Source: Candidatus Woesearchaeota archaeon (GTDB lineage: Archaea > Nanobdellota > Nanobdellia > Woesearchaeales > JACQSR01). From it: DNA of 64,000 nucleotides. The notes beneath the pieces were generated by a model. It was not told where the DNA came from. It did no database searches and saw nothing but the letters and a program-made list of their open reading frames with translations. The translations under genes and the position numbers were made by a program. The first letter of the stretch is position 1, and the number at the start of each line of letters is the position of its first letter. Where the stretch lies: NCBI GenBank assembly GCA_016211215.1, contig JACQSR010000014.1:14980-78979 (forward strand), read 5' to 3'. Shown here piece by piece: positions 27,823-37,429 of the stretch.

Positions 27823-29112
27823 TTAGCTCTCTGCAAGAATCTTGTCAAGGACAGCCTTAAATTCTGCCTGCTCATCCCCTGAAACATACGCGTTCCCTAT
27901 CCTGAAGTACTTGCACGCAAAATCGTAGAAAGGAACAACTGACTGGGGATTCTTCTGGGTAAATGGCTCAAGCTCCTGGGGCTGTATGCCTGTTTCCTTT
28001 TCAGCAGTCATTAAATCGTCGCCAGTGTTCAGCTGGAGTATCTGGACATAAAATGCGTCCTTTGGAAGGGCATCCCTGAATTCAGAAACCCCCTTGTCGC
28101 ACTGCTGGCATGAAGTTGTGGTGTATACCCTAAGCACAGGCTTGCCGTCCTTCAGGCAGGTCTCCTTTCCATACTGCCTAAATGGACTCTTGACCGGAAT
28201 TCCGTTTGTCTCGTTCCATTTCAGTATTTCAGAAGATGCCTTAAGCTGCTGGGCGAAAATCTTCAGTGCAGCCTCGCCTTCCTGCATCCTAAGTGATTTT
28301 TCGATAATAGGGCTTGCTTCCGGCAGGGATATCTTATCGGGCTGCCTTAGTATGATATGATAACCGAACCTTGTCTTTACGGGCCCTGAAATCTGGTCCT
28401 CCTCCAGGGAAAATGCCGCAGCGGAAAATTCCGGAACCATTGTCGCATTGTCAAAGAATCCCAAACTGCCACCTTTGGCCGCAGTTCCCCTGTCCTTAGA
28501 GTATGCTTTAGCAAGAGACCCAAAGGTTTCCCCTTTGTTGTACATCCCAATGAGGTTTTCTGCTTCCTCAATTGTTGCAACAAGTATGTGGGATGCCCTT
28601 ATCTGGCCGGGCTGCGCACTGAACTGCTCCGAATTATCCGCATAGTACCGTTTGATATCTGAATCAGATACTGCAATCTGCTTCCCAAAAGTTTCATTGA
28701 CATATCTTGCCAACTTGATTTGGTGCTCAAGGGAATTTCTAAGCTGCTTGATGGATGTTTTCCTGTCAATAAGGGCTTTTTCAAACTGCGCCTGGGTCAT
28801 GTTGTTCAGTTCCCTTAACTGCATGATTATGGAATCTACCTCGCCTTTTGAGGCGAAGAAGCCGTTCTTTTCTGCTTCCTGGATGAGCAGCTCTTCCATT
28901 ATCAGCTCGTCGAGTATTGCGTCTTTTGCCACAACGCCCTTGTATGAATCAGGGAGGGCAGCATATTCCCTTTCAAGAGTGTCCTCAGTTATTGGAACTC
29001 CGTTAACTATGGCGGCTGCCTTTGGCTGCTCGGGTGCATTGTAAAGGTTTGCACATCCAAGCAGAAACAACGATACGACCATAAGTAGCATAATTTTTCT
29101 CATTTGCTTCAC
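27823..29112 (-). CDS. Lipoprotein foldase: SurA/PrsA-like parvulin PPIase domain fused to a C-terminal thioredoxin-like CxxC domain
   Basis: Lipobox LLGC; parvulin signature ASHILV...GGSLGFF...GPVKTRFGYHII; C-terminal TSCQQC. Confidence 0.6.
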   Translation of the reverse strand: MKQMRKIMLLMVVSLFLLGCANLYNAPEQPKAAAIVNGVPITEDTLEREYAALPDSYKGVVAKDAILDELIMEELLIQEAEKNGFFASKGEVDSIIMQLRELNNMTQAQFEKALIDRKTSIKQLRNSLEHQIKLARYVNETFGKQIAVSDSDIKRYYADNSEQFSAQPGQIRASHILVATIEEAENLIGMYNKGETFGSLAKAYSKDRGTAAKGGSLGFFDNATMVPEFSAAAFSLEEDQISGPVKTRFGYHIILRQPDKISLPEASPIIEKSLRMQEGEAALKIFAQQLKASSEILKWNETNGIPVKSPFRQYGKETCLKDGKPVLRVYTTTSCQQCDKGVSEFRDALPKDAFYVQILQLNTGDDLMTAEKETGIQPQELEPFTQKNPQSVVPFYDFACKYFRIGNAYVSGDEQAEFKAVLDKILAES

Positions 29113-29172
29113 CTTACATCACTGCAATGCCCTAAGAACGACGTCTGGTTCATAAATATTTCGCTATTATAA

Positions 29173-29259
29173 CAGAAGACACAAATATTTATACAAAATT
29201 GTTGTGTCTTCTGAACATAGTAACTGACATCTTGTATAGAAATTTGTGTCAGTTACTAT
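29173..29259. promoter_or_regulatory. Two adjacent perfect inverted repeats in a divergent promoter region: CAGAAGACACAA-17nt-TTGTGTCTTCTG and ATAGTAACTGACA-17nt-TGTCAGTTACTAT
   Basis: 12- and 13-bp perfect IRs; each 17-nt AT-rich loop contains a TATA-like motif. Lies between divergent starts at 29112 (-) and 29343 (+). Confidence 0.5.
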
Positions 29260-29342
29260 AGGTCATTACCTCCGGGTGTCAAAAACCATCTACTAAAGTA
29301 CATGTCAAAAGCTATTTAAATACCTCTTAGTGGGGTGGTTTC

Positions 29343-30656
29343 ATGGCCTATGATATCATAATAGGGAGAACCCAGGCAGATGCAAACAGGCTGGGAAAAA
29401 GGGGAACCATACTTCTCGGAAGGCAGTACGTGCAGATGGGCCAGACATCATCGCTTTCAAACGACATAATGATGGACGTTACAAGGAGCCATGTTGTTTT
29501 TGTCTGCGGAAAGCGGGGAAGCGGAAAATCTTATACTTTGGGCGTAATTGCGGAAGGGATGGCGAATCTCGAGCCGGATGTGAGCAAGAACCTTGCAGTA
29601 ATAATCCTTGACACTATGGGGATATTCTGGACGATGAGATATGCAAACCTTGCCGAGGCTGACCTTCTGAAGGAATGGGGCATGGAGGGAAAAAGCCTGC
29701 AGGTTGCAATTTTCACGCCAGAGGGAAGCTTCAAGAGCTACAAAGACCGCGGCATTCCAACTGATTTTCCATTCTCGATAAAATCGAATGAGCTAAGCGC
29801 GGTTGACTGGTGCAGGACTTTGGGAGTAAACATCAATGACCCAATAGGCGTTCTGATAGACAGGGCAGTTGAATTCCTTGTTGACAAGGGCGGTGATTTC
29901 GGAATAGATGATATAATAGGGTTTGCGGAGAAAGATGAATTCTCGGAAAAGCACGAGAAAAACGCGGTGATAAACAAGCTTGCAGCTGCAAAGAAGTGGG
30001 GATTGTTCAGCGACAAGGGAACCTCTATACAGAGCCTCGTTAAAGGGGGGCAGGTAACTGTGCTGGACTTGAGCTGCTATGCAATGACGCCCGGTGCAGA
30101 AGGATTAAGGGCGCTTGCCATTGGGCTTATCTCGCAGAAGCTTTTTGTGTCGAGGATGGTTGCAAGAAAGGCGGAGGAAATTGCATCCATTGAAAAAAAT
30201 GTGCATTACGTCGAGGAGGAACTTCCATCTTCGGTTGAGGAGCCTTTGGTGTGGCTGCTTATAGACGAGGCCCACGAATTTCTTCCGAACAGGGGGGAGA
30301 CTGCAGCTTCCAATGCGCTGATAACAATACTGAGAGAGGGAAGGCAGCCCGGAATTTCCCTCGTGCTTGCGTCACAGCAGCCGGGCAAGATACATTCGGA
30401 CGTCATGACGCAGGCCGATATTGTGATTTCGCACAGGATAACCGCAAAGATGGATGTTGATGCGTTGGGAACTTTGATGCAGAGCTATATGAGGGAAGGT
30501 CTTGACAAGCAGATTAACATACTGCCGAAGGTAAGGGGGGCTGCGGTGATATTCGACGACACCAATGAGAGAATGCATTCTATGCGTATAAGGCCAAGGC
30601 TGACATGGCACGGCGGGGAAGCACCTGACGCCATGGGGAATAAAGTTGAGCTGTAG
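29343..30656 (+). CDS. HerA/FtsK-like P-loop ATPase (DUF87 family)
   Basis: Walker A GKRGSGKS, Walker B LLIDEAHEF, short N-terminal barrel-like region; 437 aa. Confidence 0.65.
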   Translation: MAYDIIIGRTQADANRLGKRGTILLGRQYVQMGQTSSLSNDIMMDVTRSHVVFVCGKRGSGKSYTLGVIAEGMANLEPDVSKNLAVIILDTMGIFWTMRYANLAEADLLKEWGMEGKSLQVAIFTPEGSFKSYKDRGIPTDFPFSIKSNELSAVDWCRTLGVNINDPIGVLIDRAVEFLVDKGGDFGIDDIIGFAEKDEFSEKHEKNAVINKLAAAKKWGLFSDKGTSIQSLVKGGQVTVLDLSCYAMTPGAEGLRALAIGLISQKLFVSRMVARKAEEIASIEKNVHYVEEELPSSVEEPLVWLLIDEAHEFLPNRGETAASNALITILREGRQPGISLVLASQQPGKIHSDVMTQADIVISHRITAKMDVDALGTLMQSYMREGLDKQINILPKVRGAAVIFDDTNERMHSMRIRPRLTWHGGEAPDAMGNKVEL

Positions 30657-30820
30657 GGCTCTGTCCTGAATCTCGCTTACGCTCGCCTTTAGCAGCTTCT
30701 CGCTTGATATCCTACTCGCCATTGCTGACATTCTCCGAAGGAGCCAACCCTCTTGTCAGCTATGTGCAGAAAGAAAAGAAGCTCGACTTTAGGCTGCTAA
30801 AGGACTTTCAGGACAGAGCC
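30657..30820. repeat. Structured ~164-nt element, copy 2 (outer IR GGCTCTGTCCTGAA / TTCAGGACAGAGCC)
   Basis: Perfect 14-bp terminal IR; conserved TTTAGCAGCTTC ... CTCGACTTTAGGCTGCTAAAGG; central CTCC-GAA-GGAG hairpin. Starts 1 nt after the TAG stop of the DUF87 ATPase. Flanks AGCTGTAG / AGTTGTAG. Confidence 0.7.
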
Positions 30821-30865
30821 GAGTTGTAGGAAAAGAATTTAAACATAGTTCCATTACCCTGTTGC

Positions 30866-31156
30866 ATGCCTTTCAGCAAGAGTTTTCCGCGGGCAGTTAA
30901 GGGTAGCATGTACCCGAAATGGGAAGATGTAGCTCTAACCGAAGAAGAGGAAAGAGAGGTTGAAAAGCTCTGCAGGGTGGAAAACATAAGGCTGATGAAG
31001 GAGTGCATCGAGGATGCAAAGCACATCATTGACGCGATGGAGCTGAAAAGGTTCCAGACAAACCTGGTTGAAGTCGGAATTGCGCTTTTTGAAAAGAGGG
31101 CTTCGCATTCAGTTTACTGGAAAGAAAACAGGGCGAAGGATAAATTTTCCAAGTGA
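30866..31156 (+). CDS. Hypothetical small protein
   Basis: 96-aa ORF; charged, helical; the start may be an internal Met. Confidence 0.3.
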   Translation: MPFSKSFPRAVKGSMYPKWEDVALTEEEEREVEKLCRVENIRLMKECIEDAKHIIDAMELKRFQTNLVEVGIALFEKRASHSVYWKENRAKDKFSK

Positions 31157-31357
31157 CTATTTCTTAATAAAGCCCGTAGGAGCATATGTCATGGAAATCA
31201 TTGATGCTATTACCATAACCACGAATGTAACCGTGAATGCCATGCCCCACGGCAACGGAAGTCTGCCGGAATTGGTAAGTATTATGGAAATCACCGCCCC
31301 AAGAAGCCCTGCGAGCATAAACGTACCCGACAACGGCACGATATTCTTCAGTTCCAT
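31157..31357 (-). CDS. Small membrane protein (2 TM)
   Basis: 66 aa, two hydrophobic helices. Confidence 0.35.
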   Translation of the reverse strand: MELKNIVPLSGTFMLAGLLGAVISIILTNSGRLPLPWGMAFTVTFVVMVIASMISMTYAPTGFIKK

Positions 31358-31455
31358 ATCGGATTTTCAGGCATAGAAGTATTTAAAGATTGCTGATTTC
31401 GGTGGCTAAGGACAAAAGACCTGAAAAAGCGCCTATAGTCTCAACTGAACCCTCC

Positions 31456-31686
31456 TTATTTTTTCTCTTTTTTAATAAGGTGGATAATTACTAGAAGAAA
31501 AGCGGCATAAAATGCAAACAGCATGAACATTCCGACGTTTATGAATATAGCATAAATGCTTGAAAGCCAAGCATATTTTTCCTGGAGAGCCGAGTAATCC
31601 GCTATTGTAATGACAGCCGCGATAAATGAGAATGCGACAACAAAAATCATCAAGGTTCTTGCCCAAAGAAGATACTTCGACGCCAT
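31456..31686 (-). CDS. Small membrane protein (2 TM)
   Basis: 76 aa, two hydrophobic helices, KKEKK tail. Confidence 0.35.
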   Translation of the reverse strand: MASKYLLWARTLMIFVVAFSFIAAVITIADYSALQEKYAWLSSIYAIFINVGMFMLFAFYAAFLLVIIHLIKKEKK

Positions 31687-31727
31687 TAAGTGATTTTCCT
31701 TACTGGACTTTAAAAAACTTTTGTTTC

Positions 31728-32822
31728 CTAACCCAACACAATCTGCTCCGCAACCTTCCTCTTCTTTTCTACACTTTCCTGGTGCTTTGAAAGAGTTTCA
31801 GTCAGGAAATCCCTGCAGATTGCCTTCAATTCTCCTGTAAGCATCCTTCCTGATTTGTAGTCATTGTAAACTGATTTTACAAGCGCGTCATCAGGATGGT
31901 GGAACTTCAATATCTCAAAGGTTTTGTCTACATCTGGATTTCCGCCGAGCTTTCTGTGCTCCTCAAGAGTATCCCTGCCGCCTGAAAATGCCCTGTTGAC
32001 CTTTCTTTTTATGTCATCTGCGGAATCGTCAAGGAAAATAGCAGTATCGGGCTCCGAAGATGACATTTTCTTGCCCTGCTGAAGCCCTGACTGGTGCCTG
32101 AAGTAAATGAACGACGGCGTTTCAATGCTGTAAGGAAGCCTTTTTGCAACATCCCTCGTAATCTTCGCATGCGGGTCCTGCTCCAGCCCGATTCCGGTGA
32201 CAGAAGGCATCTTTCCCCCATACTCCTTGAGCTGCGGATGCAATATGTCTGCAATCTGAAGCAACACTGCAGAAATTTTTCCCAAATCAGTATGCCCGTA
32301 AATTGCCCTGTAAGTGCTTTCAGTTATTTTTTTTGAGATTTCAAATGCAAATTCATAGTACCTTGGCTCCTTGTTTGACTGCAGATAAATATCCTCCTTT
32401 TCCAGGCCAAATGCAAGCAGATGCGCCAGGTTGCCAGCCGCAATTTTCTTTGCGTCTGCCATGGTTTCTATCCTGGGTCTTGATACGTAAGCGTCTATGT
32501 CGGAGACTGCAAAATAATTTTTGGCTCCCTTTGACTTGAAAAACAGGAAAAGGTCTATGTCCACCTTGTGGCCCAGATGAAGCCTTCCGGAAGTTGCAAT
32601 TCCGGTCATGTTGATGAATGGCTTCTTTGCCTCCATGCGCTGAAGAATCTTACCAAAATCACGGTGCGCGACAACAATTCCACGCCTGAATAAATGGTGG
32701 CCGAGCTTCTTGCGCCACGCATCCGGAATCTTTTCCATTCCAAACTCCGAGAAGATGTGCTCGTAATCCTCGATTTCAACAGAAGACCAGGGGTCTATAT
32801 GCGCCATAATGCGGTTTTCCAA
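31728..32822 (-). CDS. trpS: Tryptophanyl-tRNA synthetase (archaeal/eukaryotic type class I aaRS; TyrRS not fully excluded)
   Basis: HIGH-like GRLHLGH and KMSKS-like KMSSS motifs; 364-aa length fits archaeal TrpRS. Confidence 0.7.
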   Translation of the reverse strand: MENRIMAHIDPWSSVEIEDYEHIFSEFGMEKIPDAWRKKLGHHLFRRGIVVAHRDFGKILQRMEAKKPFINMTGIATSGRLHLGHKVDIDLFLFFKSKGAKNYFAVSDIDAYVSRPRIETMADAKKIAAGNLAHLLAFGLEKEDIYLQSNKEPRYYEFAFEISKKITESTYRAIYGHTDLGKISAVLLQIADILHPQLKEYGGKMPSVTGIGLEQDPHAKITRDVAKRLPYSIETPSFIYFRHQSGLQQGKKMSSSEPDTAIFLDDSADDIKRKVNRAFSGGRDTLEEHRKLGGNPDVDKTFEILKFHHPDDALVKSVYNDYKSGRMLTGELKAICRDFLTETLSKHQESVEKKRKVAEQIVLG

Positions 32823-32835
32823 ACAGGCTTTTTAT

Positions 32836-33477
32836 TTATTTACATTCCTTGAGCAGTGAAACTGCCTTTTTAGGGTTTCCTGAATCAAATATGAATGAAC
32901 CGGATACGATAACATTGGCTCCGGACTTTACTGCAAGCCTTGCGGTTTCATCGTTAATGCCGCCGTCAATTTCTATGTCCAGTTTTGGCTTAAGCTTCCT
33001 CAATTCCGCAACTTTTTCCAGGACTTCCGGCATGAATTTCTGCCTCGGCCAGCCCGGCTCAACAGACATTACCAAAACCATGCCAACCATGTCGAGGTAT
33101 GGCAGAATTGCCGACAATGGTGTTTTTGGCTTTAGGGAGATTGCAGGAGATGCGCCTTTTTTCCTGATGTAGGCAAGGGTTTTCCTCACGTCAGTGCAGG
33201 CCTCAACATGAACGGTTATGCTTTTTGCCCCTGCGCCAATGTAATCATCAATTAATTGCATGGGCTCCTCGACCATGAGGTGGACGTCTTTTGGAAGCCT
33301 TGTCTTAACCATCCTGGTTTCCTTTGGACCTATGGTGGTTGGAGGCACAAATTTTCCGTCCATTATATCAAAATGGATGTAATCTGCGCAGTCCTCTATA
33401 GACTTTACCCCGGCTTCGACTTTCTCCACTCCGTCCCTGAACAGGGTAAGAATTGAGACAGATACCTTTGTTTTCAT
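32836..33477 (-). CDS. rpe: Ribulose-phosphate 3-epimerase
   Basis: SILTL...HFDIMDGKFVP and VMSVEPG...KFM motifs; 213 aa. Confidence 0.8.
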   Translation of the reverse strand: MKTKVSVSILTLFRDGVEKVEAGVKSIEDCADYIHFDIMDGKFVPPTTIGPKETRMVKTRLPKDVHLMVEEPMQLIDDYIGAGAKSITVHVEACTDVRKTLAYIRKKGASPAISLKPKTPLSAILPYLDMVGMVLVMSVEPGWPRQKFMPEVLEKVAELRKLKPKLDIEIDGGINDETARLAVKSGANVIVSGSFIFDSGNPKKAVSLLKECK

Positions 33478-33492
33478 GGCGGGGGTTTGTAA

Positions 33493-34089
33493 TTGTATCT
33501 ATTTAAAGATTGGTATAGATACTCCACTACAACATTTTTTATAAAGCAAATACAATTTCCTAACCAAATGGAAGAGTATTACGCAAAAACATTGGCGGAT
33601 TGCCTTGTGGGGCATGAACTTGGAAGACATTTCAACAGATTTTACGGGGATTTTTTCGGGGCTTTAAGCACCACAAACATCCCCTTTTGCCCTTCAGGGA
33701 TTAATGTGGGGGTGGGCATGAAAACGGGTCCTATCGAGCATTGTGACTCAGAATATTCTATCTCCATCGGAAGGATTTTTACAATATCGCAGAGGGGAAA
33801 CGGATCAAATCGCCGGTATGAGGTATTTCATGATATCTTCTCCATTCTTGGGGTTTATTCATCGGACAATATGGTAAACCTTGCCCAAAGCGATAGGGAT
33901 ATCTCAGCGATAATGCAGAAAAGCCATGTCCCTTATTACCTCCTTTGCCAGTTTAGGGAGTTTGACGCTACGAATTCAAAGGCAGCAAAAACGCCGCTGG
34001 TTATAATTGCAAATACTCTGCCAGAAGACGCCGAAAAGCTGAGGAAATGGGAGAAATCGCATAGGATAAGAGATATCCTAAGTAGCTGA
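33493..34089 (+). CDS. Hypothetical protein
   Basis: 198-aa ORF; no motif recognised. Confidence 0.3.
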   Translation: MYLFKDWYRYSTTTFFIKQIQFPNQMEEYYAKTLADCLVGHELGRHFNRFYGDFFGALSTTNIPFCPSGINVGVGMKTGPIEHCDSEYSISIGRIFTISQRGNGSNRRYEVFHDIFSILGVYSSDNMVNLAQSDRDISAIMQKSHVPYYLLCQFREFDATNSKAAKTPLVIIANTLPEDAEKLRKWEKSHRIRDILSS

Positions 34090-34863
34090 CTTCATCTTCC
34101 TTACGTAAGAAGAAATCCTGCTGAGAATTCTTTTCTTGCTGCCAAGATTCTTTTCGATTATTTTCACAATTGCACTCCCGACTATTACTCCGCTAGCGCC
34201 CCCTGAGAGGATTGCCTTGACGTGCTCCGGCTTTGAGATTCCGAATCCAACTGCCAATGGGAGTTTTGTTTTTGGCTTTACAAATTTAAGCAGCCTGTAT
34301 ACAGCGGGGTTTATTCTGTGCCTTGCGCCAGTAACGCCCAGCAATGAAACAACGTAGATGAATCCCCTGGCGTGCCTGAGGATTTTTTTCAGCCTGTTTG
34401 CAGTTGTGGTGGGGGAAACTATAAAGATGGGGGATATTTTTGCCTTCCTTGCAGCCTTTACAGCGTCTCCTGCCTCCTCAATCGGTAGGTCTGCAACAAG
34501 AATGCCGTCAACTCCTGCATTTTTCGCATCACGGTAAAATTTCTCAATTCCGCGCTGATAAATTAGATTGTAGTATATCAGAAGCCCTATTGGAATTTCA
34601 TTGCTGTATTTTCTTATTCGCTTAATGACTCCAAAGATTTCATCGAGATTGGTGCGCCTTTTCAGCACCCTGTCATCTGCCTTTTGGATTGTTGTACCAT
34701 CTGCAATAGGGTCAGTGAAGGCGATACCCAACTCCAATGCATCAGCCCCGGAATCTATCATAGTCCTGATTATCTGTTCCGATGTTTTTAAGTCCGGGTC
34801 TCCGACTACCGTAAACGGGATAAACGCCTTTTTCTTTGAAAATGCTTTTTTGTAGCGGTCCAT
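34078..34863 (-). CDS. trpA: Tryptophan synthase alpha subunit. The track ORF extends to 34896; the likely start is the Met at 34863, coupled to the trpB stop
   Basis: KKAFIPFTVVGDPD, GADALELGIAFTDPIADG and GFGISKPEHV motifs. Confidence 0.85.
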   Translation of the reverse strand: MDRYKKAFSKKKAFIPFTVVGDPDLKTSEQIIRTMIDSGADALELGIAFTDPIADGTTIQKADDRVLKRRTNLDEIFGVIKRIRKYSNEIPIGLLIYYNLIYQRGIEKFYRDAKNAGVDGILVADLPIEEAGDAVKAARKAKISPIFIVSPTTTANRLKKILRHARGFIYVVSLLGVTGARHRINPAVYRLLKFVKPKTKLPLAVGFGISKPEHVKAILSGGASGVIVGSAIVKIIEKNLGSKKRILSRISSYVRKMKSAT

Positions 34864-34864
34864 T

Positions 34865-36043
34865 TCAACCCTTAATCCCCAGTGCATTGCACGCATGGTC
34901 CATGTCCTTGTCGCCCCTGCCGGAAAGATTTATTACCATTATGTCGCTCTTCTTCATCTTCTTTCCAAGCTTTATAGCGTAGGCAATTGCATGGGCAGAC
35001 TCCAGTGCAGGGATAATTCCCTCAACTTCCGAAAGCAGCCTGAATGCCGCCAGTGCTTCTTTGTCGGTTATGGTGGTGTACTCCGCGCGCCTGATGTCAC
35101 GCAAATGGGGATGCTCCGGACCTATACCGGGGTAATCAAGGCCTGCGGATATTGAATAGGTATCCTGAATCTGGCCTTCCTTGTTCTGTAGTACGTAAGA
35201 CAATGAACCCTGAAACACGCCCTCGCGACCTTTTGTCAGTGAAGCACCGTGATATGGTGTGTTTATCCCTTTTCCGCCCGGCTCAACACCGATTAACCTA
35301 ACTGATGCATCATTCCTGAAAGCATCAAAGATTCCCATCGCATTTGAGCCTCCGCCCACACATGCAACAACCGCATCCGGAAGCCTTCCTTCAGCCCTTA
35401 GGATTTGCCTTCTTGCTTCCTTTCCGATTATTTTCTGGAAATGCTTTACTATAGTCGGGTATGGATGAGGGCCTGCAACAGTCCCGAACACATAATAGGT
35501 TGTTTCTATGTTTGTAATCCAGTCCCGCAGAGCATCATTTATTGCCTCCTTCAAGGTTCCTGTTCCCGTCGATACGGGATTTATCTTTGCCCCGCATACA
35601 AGCATTCTAAGGACATTCATGTGCTGTCTTCTTATGTCCTCGACGCCCATGTAAATTTCAGTTGGAATCCCAAAATAAGCGCCAACCAATGCTGTTGCAA
35701 ATCCGTGCTGACCGGCGCCTGTTTCAGCTATTAATCTTTTTTTGCCCATGTACTTTGCCAACAAACCCTGCCCAAGGCCGTTGTTGGTTTTGTGCGCCCC
35801 CCCGTGGAGCAAATCCTCCCTTTTGAGATAAACCCTGCAGCCGCACACTGCCGAGAATTTTTTTGCGAAATAAAGCGGTGTTGGACGGCCGGCATAATCC
35901 TTCAGCAGTTCATTCAGCTCCCTGTTGAATTTTTTATCGTTCCTGTATTTATTGAAAGCTGCCTCCAGCTCTTCCAAAGCGGGCATCAGTGTTTCGGGAA
36001 CAAACATCCCGCCATACTTTCCAAACTTCCCTTTCGATTTCAT
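34865..36043 (-). CDS. trpB: Tryptophan synthase beta subunit
   Basis: [11 protein letters not shown]-lysine motif, GGGSNAMG; 392 aa. Confidence 0.9.
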   Translation of the reverse strand: MKSKGKFGKYGGMFVPETLMPALEELEAAFNKYRNDKKFNRELNELLKDYAGRPTPLYFAKKFSAVCGCRVYLKREDLLHGGAHKTNNGLGQGLLAKYMGKKRLIAETGAGQHGFATALVGAYFGIPTEIYMGVEDIRRQHMNVLRMLVCGAKINPVSTGTGTLKEAINDALRDWITNIETTYYVFGTVAGPHPYPTIVKHFQKIIGKEARRQILRAEGRLPDAVVACVGGGSNAMGIFDAFRNDASVRLIGVEPGGKGINTPYHGASLTKGREGVFQGSLSYVLQNKEGQIQDTYSISAGLDYPGIGPEHPHLRDIRRAEYTTITDKEALAAFRLLSEVEGIIPALESAHAIAYAIKLGKKMKKSDIMVINLSGRGDKDMDHACNALGIKG

Positions 36044-37425
36044 TTTGCGCTTGCGATAAACTTTTTTATTTTGCCGTGGTCCTTGATTCTTGGCTTCAGC
36101 CGAACGCCTGAATTTACATCAACTCCGAATGGCTTTACCATTTTTATAGCTTTTGCTACATTATCCGGGTTTAAGCCGCCGGCCAGAAAGACGGGGCATT
36201 TGCATTTCTTCACGATTTCACGGCTGACAGACCAGTCGTGCGTTTTTCCCGAGCCGCCGTGCTTTGAATCAAGCAGGATAATATCGCAGTAAGGCTCGTA
36301 CCCCAGGGCCTTTTTAATTGCGCCCTTTCCGGTTACCGAGATTGACTTCATGAGAATTATGTTCGGAAATTCCTTACGGAGATTTTTCAGGCCGGGAATG
36401 CTAATTTCCCCGTGGAGCTGGACAACATCCGGCGAGAGTTTAGAGCATATGCCTCTTATTTCGCCAAGGTTTTTTGTGCGCGTTACTGCAACGATTTTTC
36501 CTTTCGCATTTATTTTCGAGGTTATTCTTCCGGCTTCCCTTATTGAGAGATTATCCGGGGCATCGCTGACATTTATTATGAACCCCAGAAGGTCTGCACC
36601 AGATTTCAGGGCCGCACCTGCGTCCCTAATGCCCGAGTTGCCGCAAATTTTTACCTTTACGGACTTTGAAGTTAACTCTTTCAGTTTCGTTCTGATGCTG
36701 TCCGAGCGCATTATTGATGTTCCAATCAATACTGCCCGCACATTCTTTGGCAGCAGTGCAATGTCTATCGGGGACTCAATGCCGGATTCCGCCACCAAAA
36801 TTCTGCCTTTTGGAATTTTTTCTGCAAGCCTTGAGACTGTACGCTTGTCAGTTTCCAGGGTGTCGAGATTCCTGTTGTTTACCCCCATTATCTTTGCTTT
36901 CGACTTCAGGGCCCTGATTAACGCTTCCGGCTCATGCGCCTCCACTATTGCATCCATTCCGAGTCTTTCCGCAATGTCCAAAAACCTGTTTATTTTTTTC
37001 AGCGAAAGAATTTCTGCAATAAGGAGTATTGCATCGGCGCCATAGAACCTGGATTCATACACCTGGTATTCATCAATTATGAAATCCTTCCTGAGAACCG
37101 GCTTTTTTGATGCATTTTTTACTTTTTGGATTAGAGTTATATCGCCTCCAAAGTATTTTTTTTCCGTCAGGACTGAAATAGCCTGAATGTCTGCCCTGCC
37201 GTATTCCTCTGCGACTGCAACCGGGCTGAAGAAATGCCTGATTTTTCCCTCGGACGGAGAGGCTGATTTTATCTCTGCGATTATTGAGGGCTTTTTGGAG
37301 ATTATTGCCTTCATGAAAGAGTGGTTTGCCTTTCTTATTTTAGGGGTTAGGCTAGCCAAAGGCGCTTTTCTCTTGGATGCCTCCAATTCACGCTGCTTTA
37401 TCCTTACAATTTCATTCAAGAACAT
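36040..37425 (-). CDS. trpCF: Bifunctional indole-3-glycerol-phosphate synthase / phosphoribosylanthranilate isomerase (TrpC-TrpF fusion)
   Basis: N-terminal half [27 protein letters not shown] (IGPS). C-terminal half [24 protein letters not shown] (PRAI). Confidence 0.85.
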   Translation of the reverse strand: MFLNEIVRIKQRELEASKRKAPLASLTPKIRKANHSFMKAIISKKPSIIAEIKSASPSEGKIRHFFSPVAVAEEYGRADIQAISVLTEKKYFGGDITLIQKVKNASKKPVLRKDFIIDEYQVYESRFYGADAILLIAEILSLKKINRFLDIAERLGMDAIVEAHEPEALIRALKSKAKIMGVNNRNLDTLETDKRTVSRLAEKIPKGRILVAESGIESPIDIALLPKNVRAVLIGTSIMRSDSIRTKLKELTSKSVKVKICGNSGIRDAGAALKSGADLLGFIINVSDAPDNLSIREAGRITSKINAKGKIVAVTRTKNLGEIRGICSKLSPDVVQLHGEISIPGLKNLRKEFPNIILMKSISVTGKGAIKKALGYEPYCDIILLDSKHGGSGKTHDWSVSREIVKKCKCPVFLAGGLNPDNVAKAIKMVKPFGVDVNSGVRLKPRIKDHGKIKKFIASAK

Positions 37426-37429
37426 CGTG

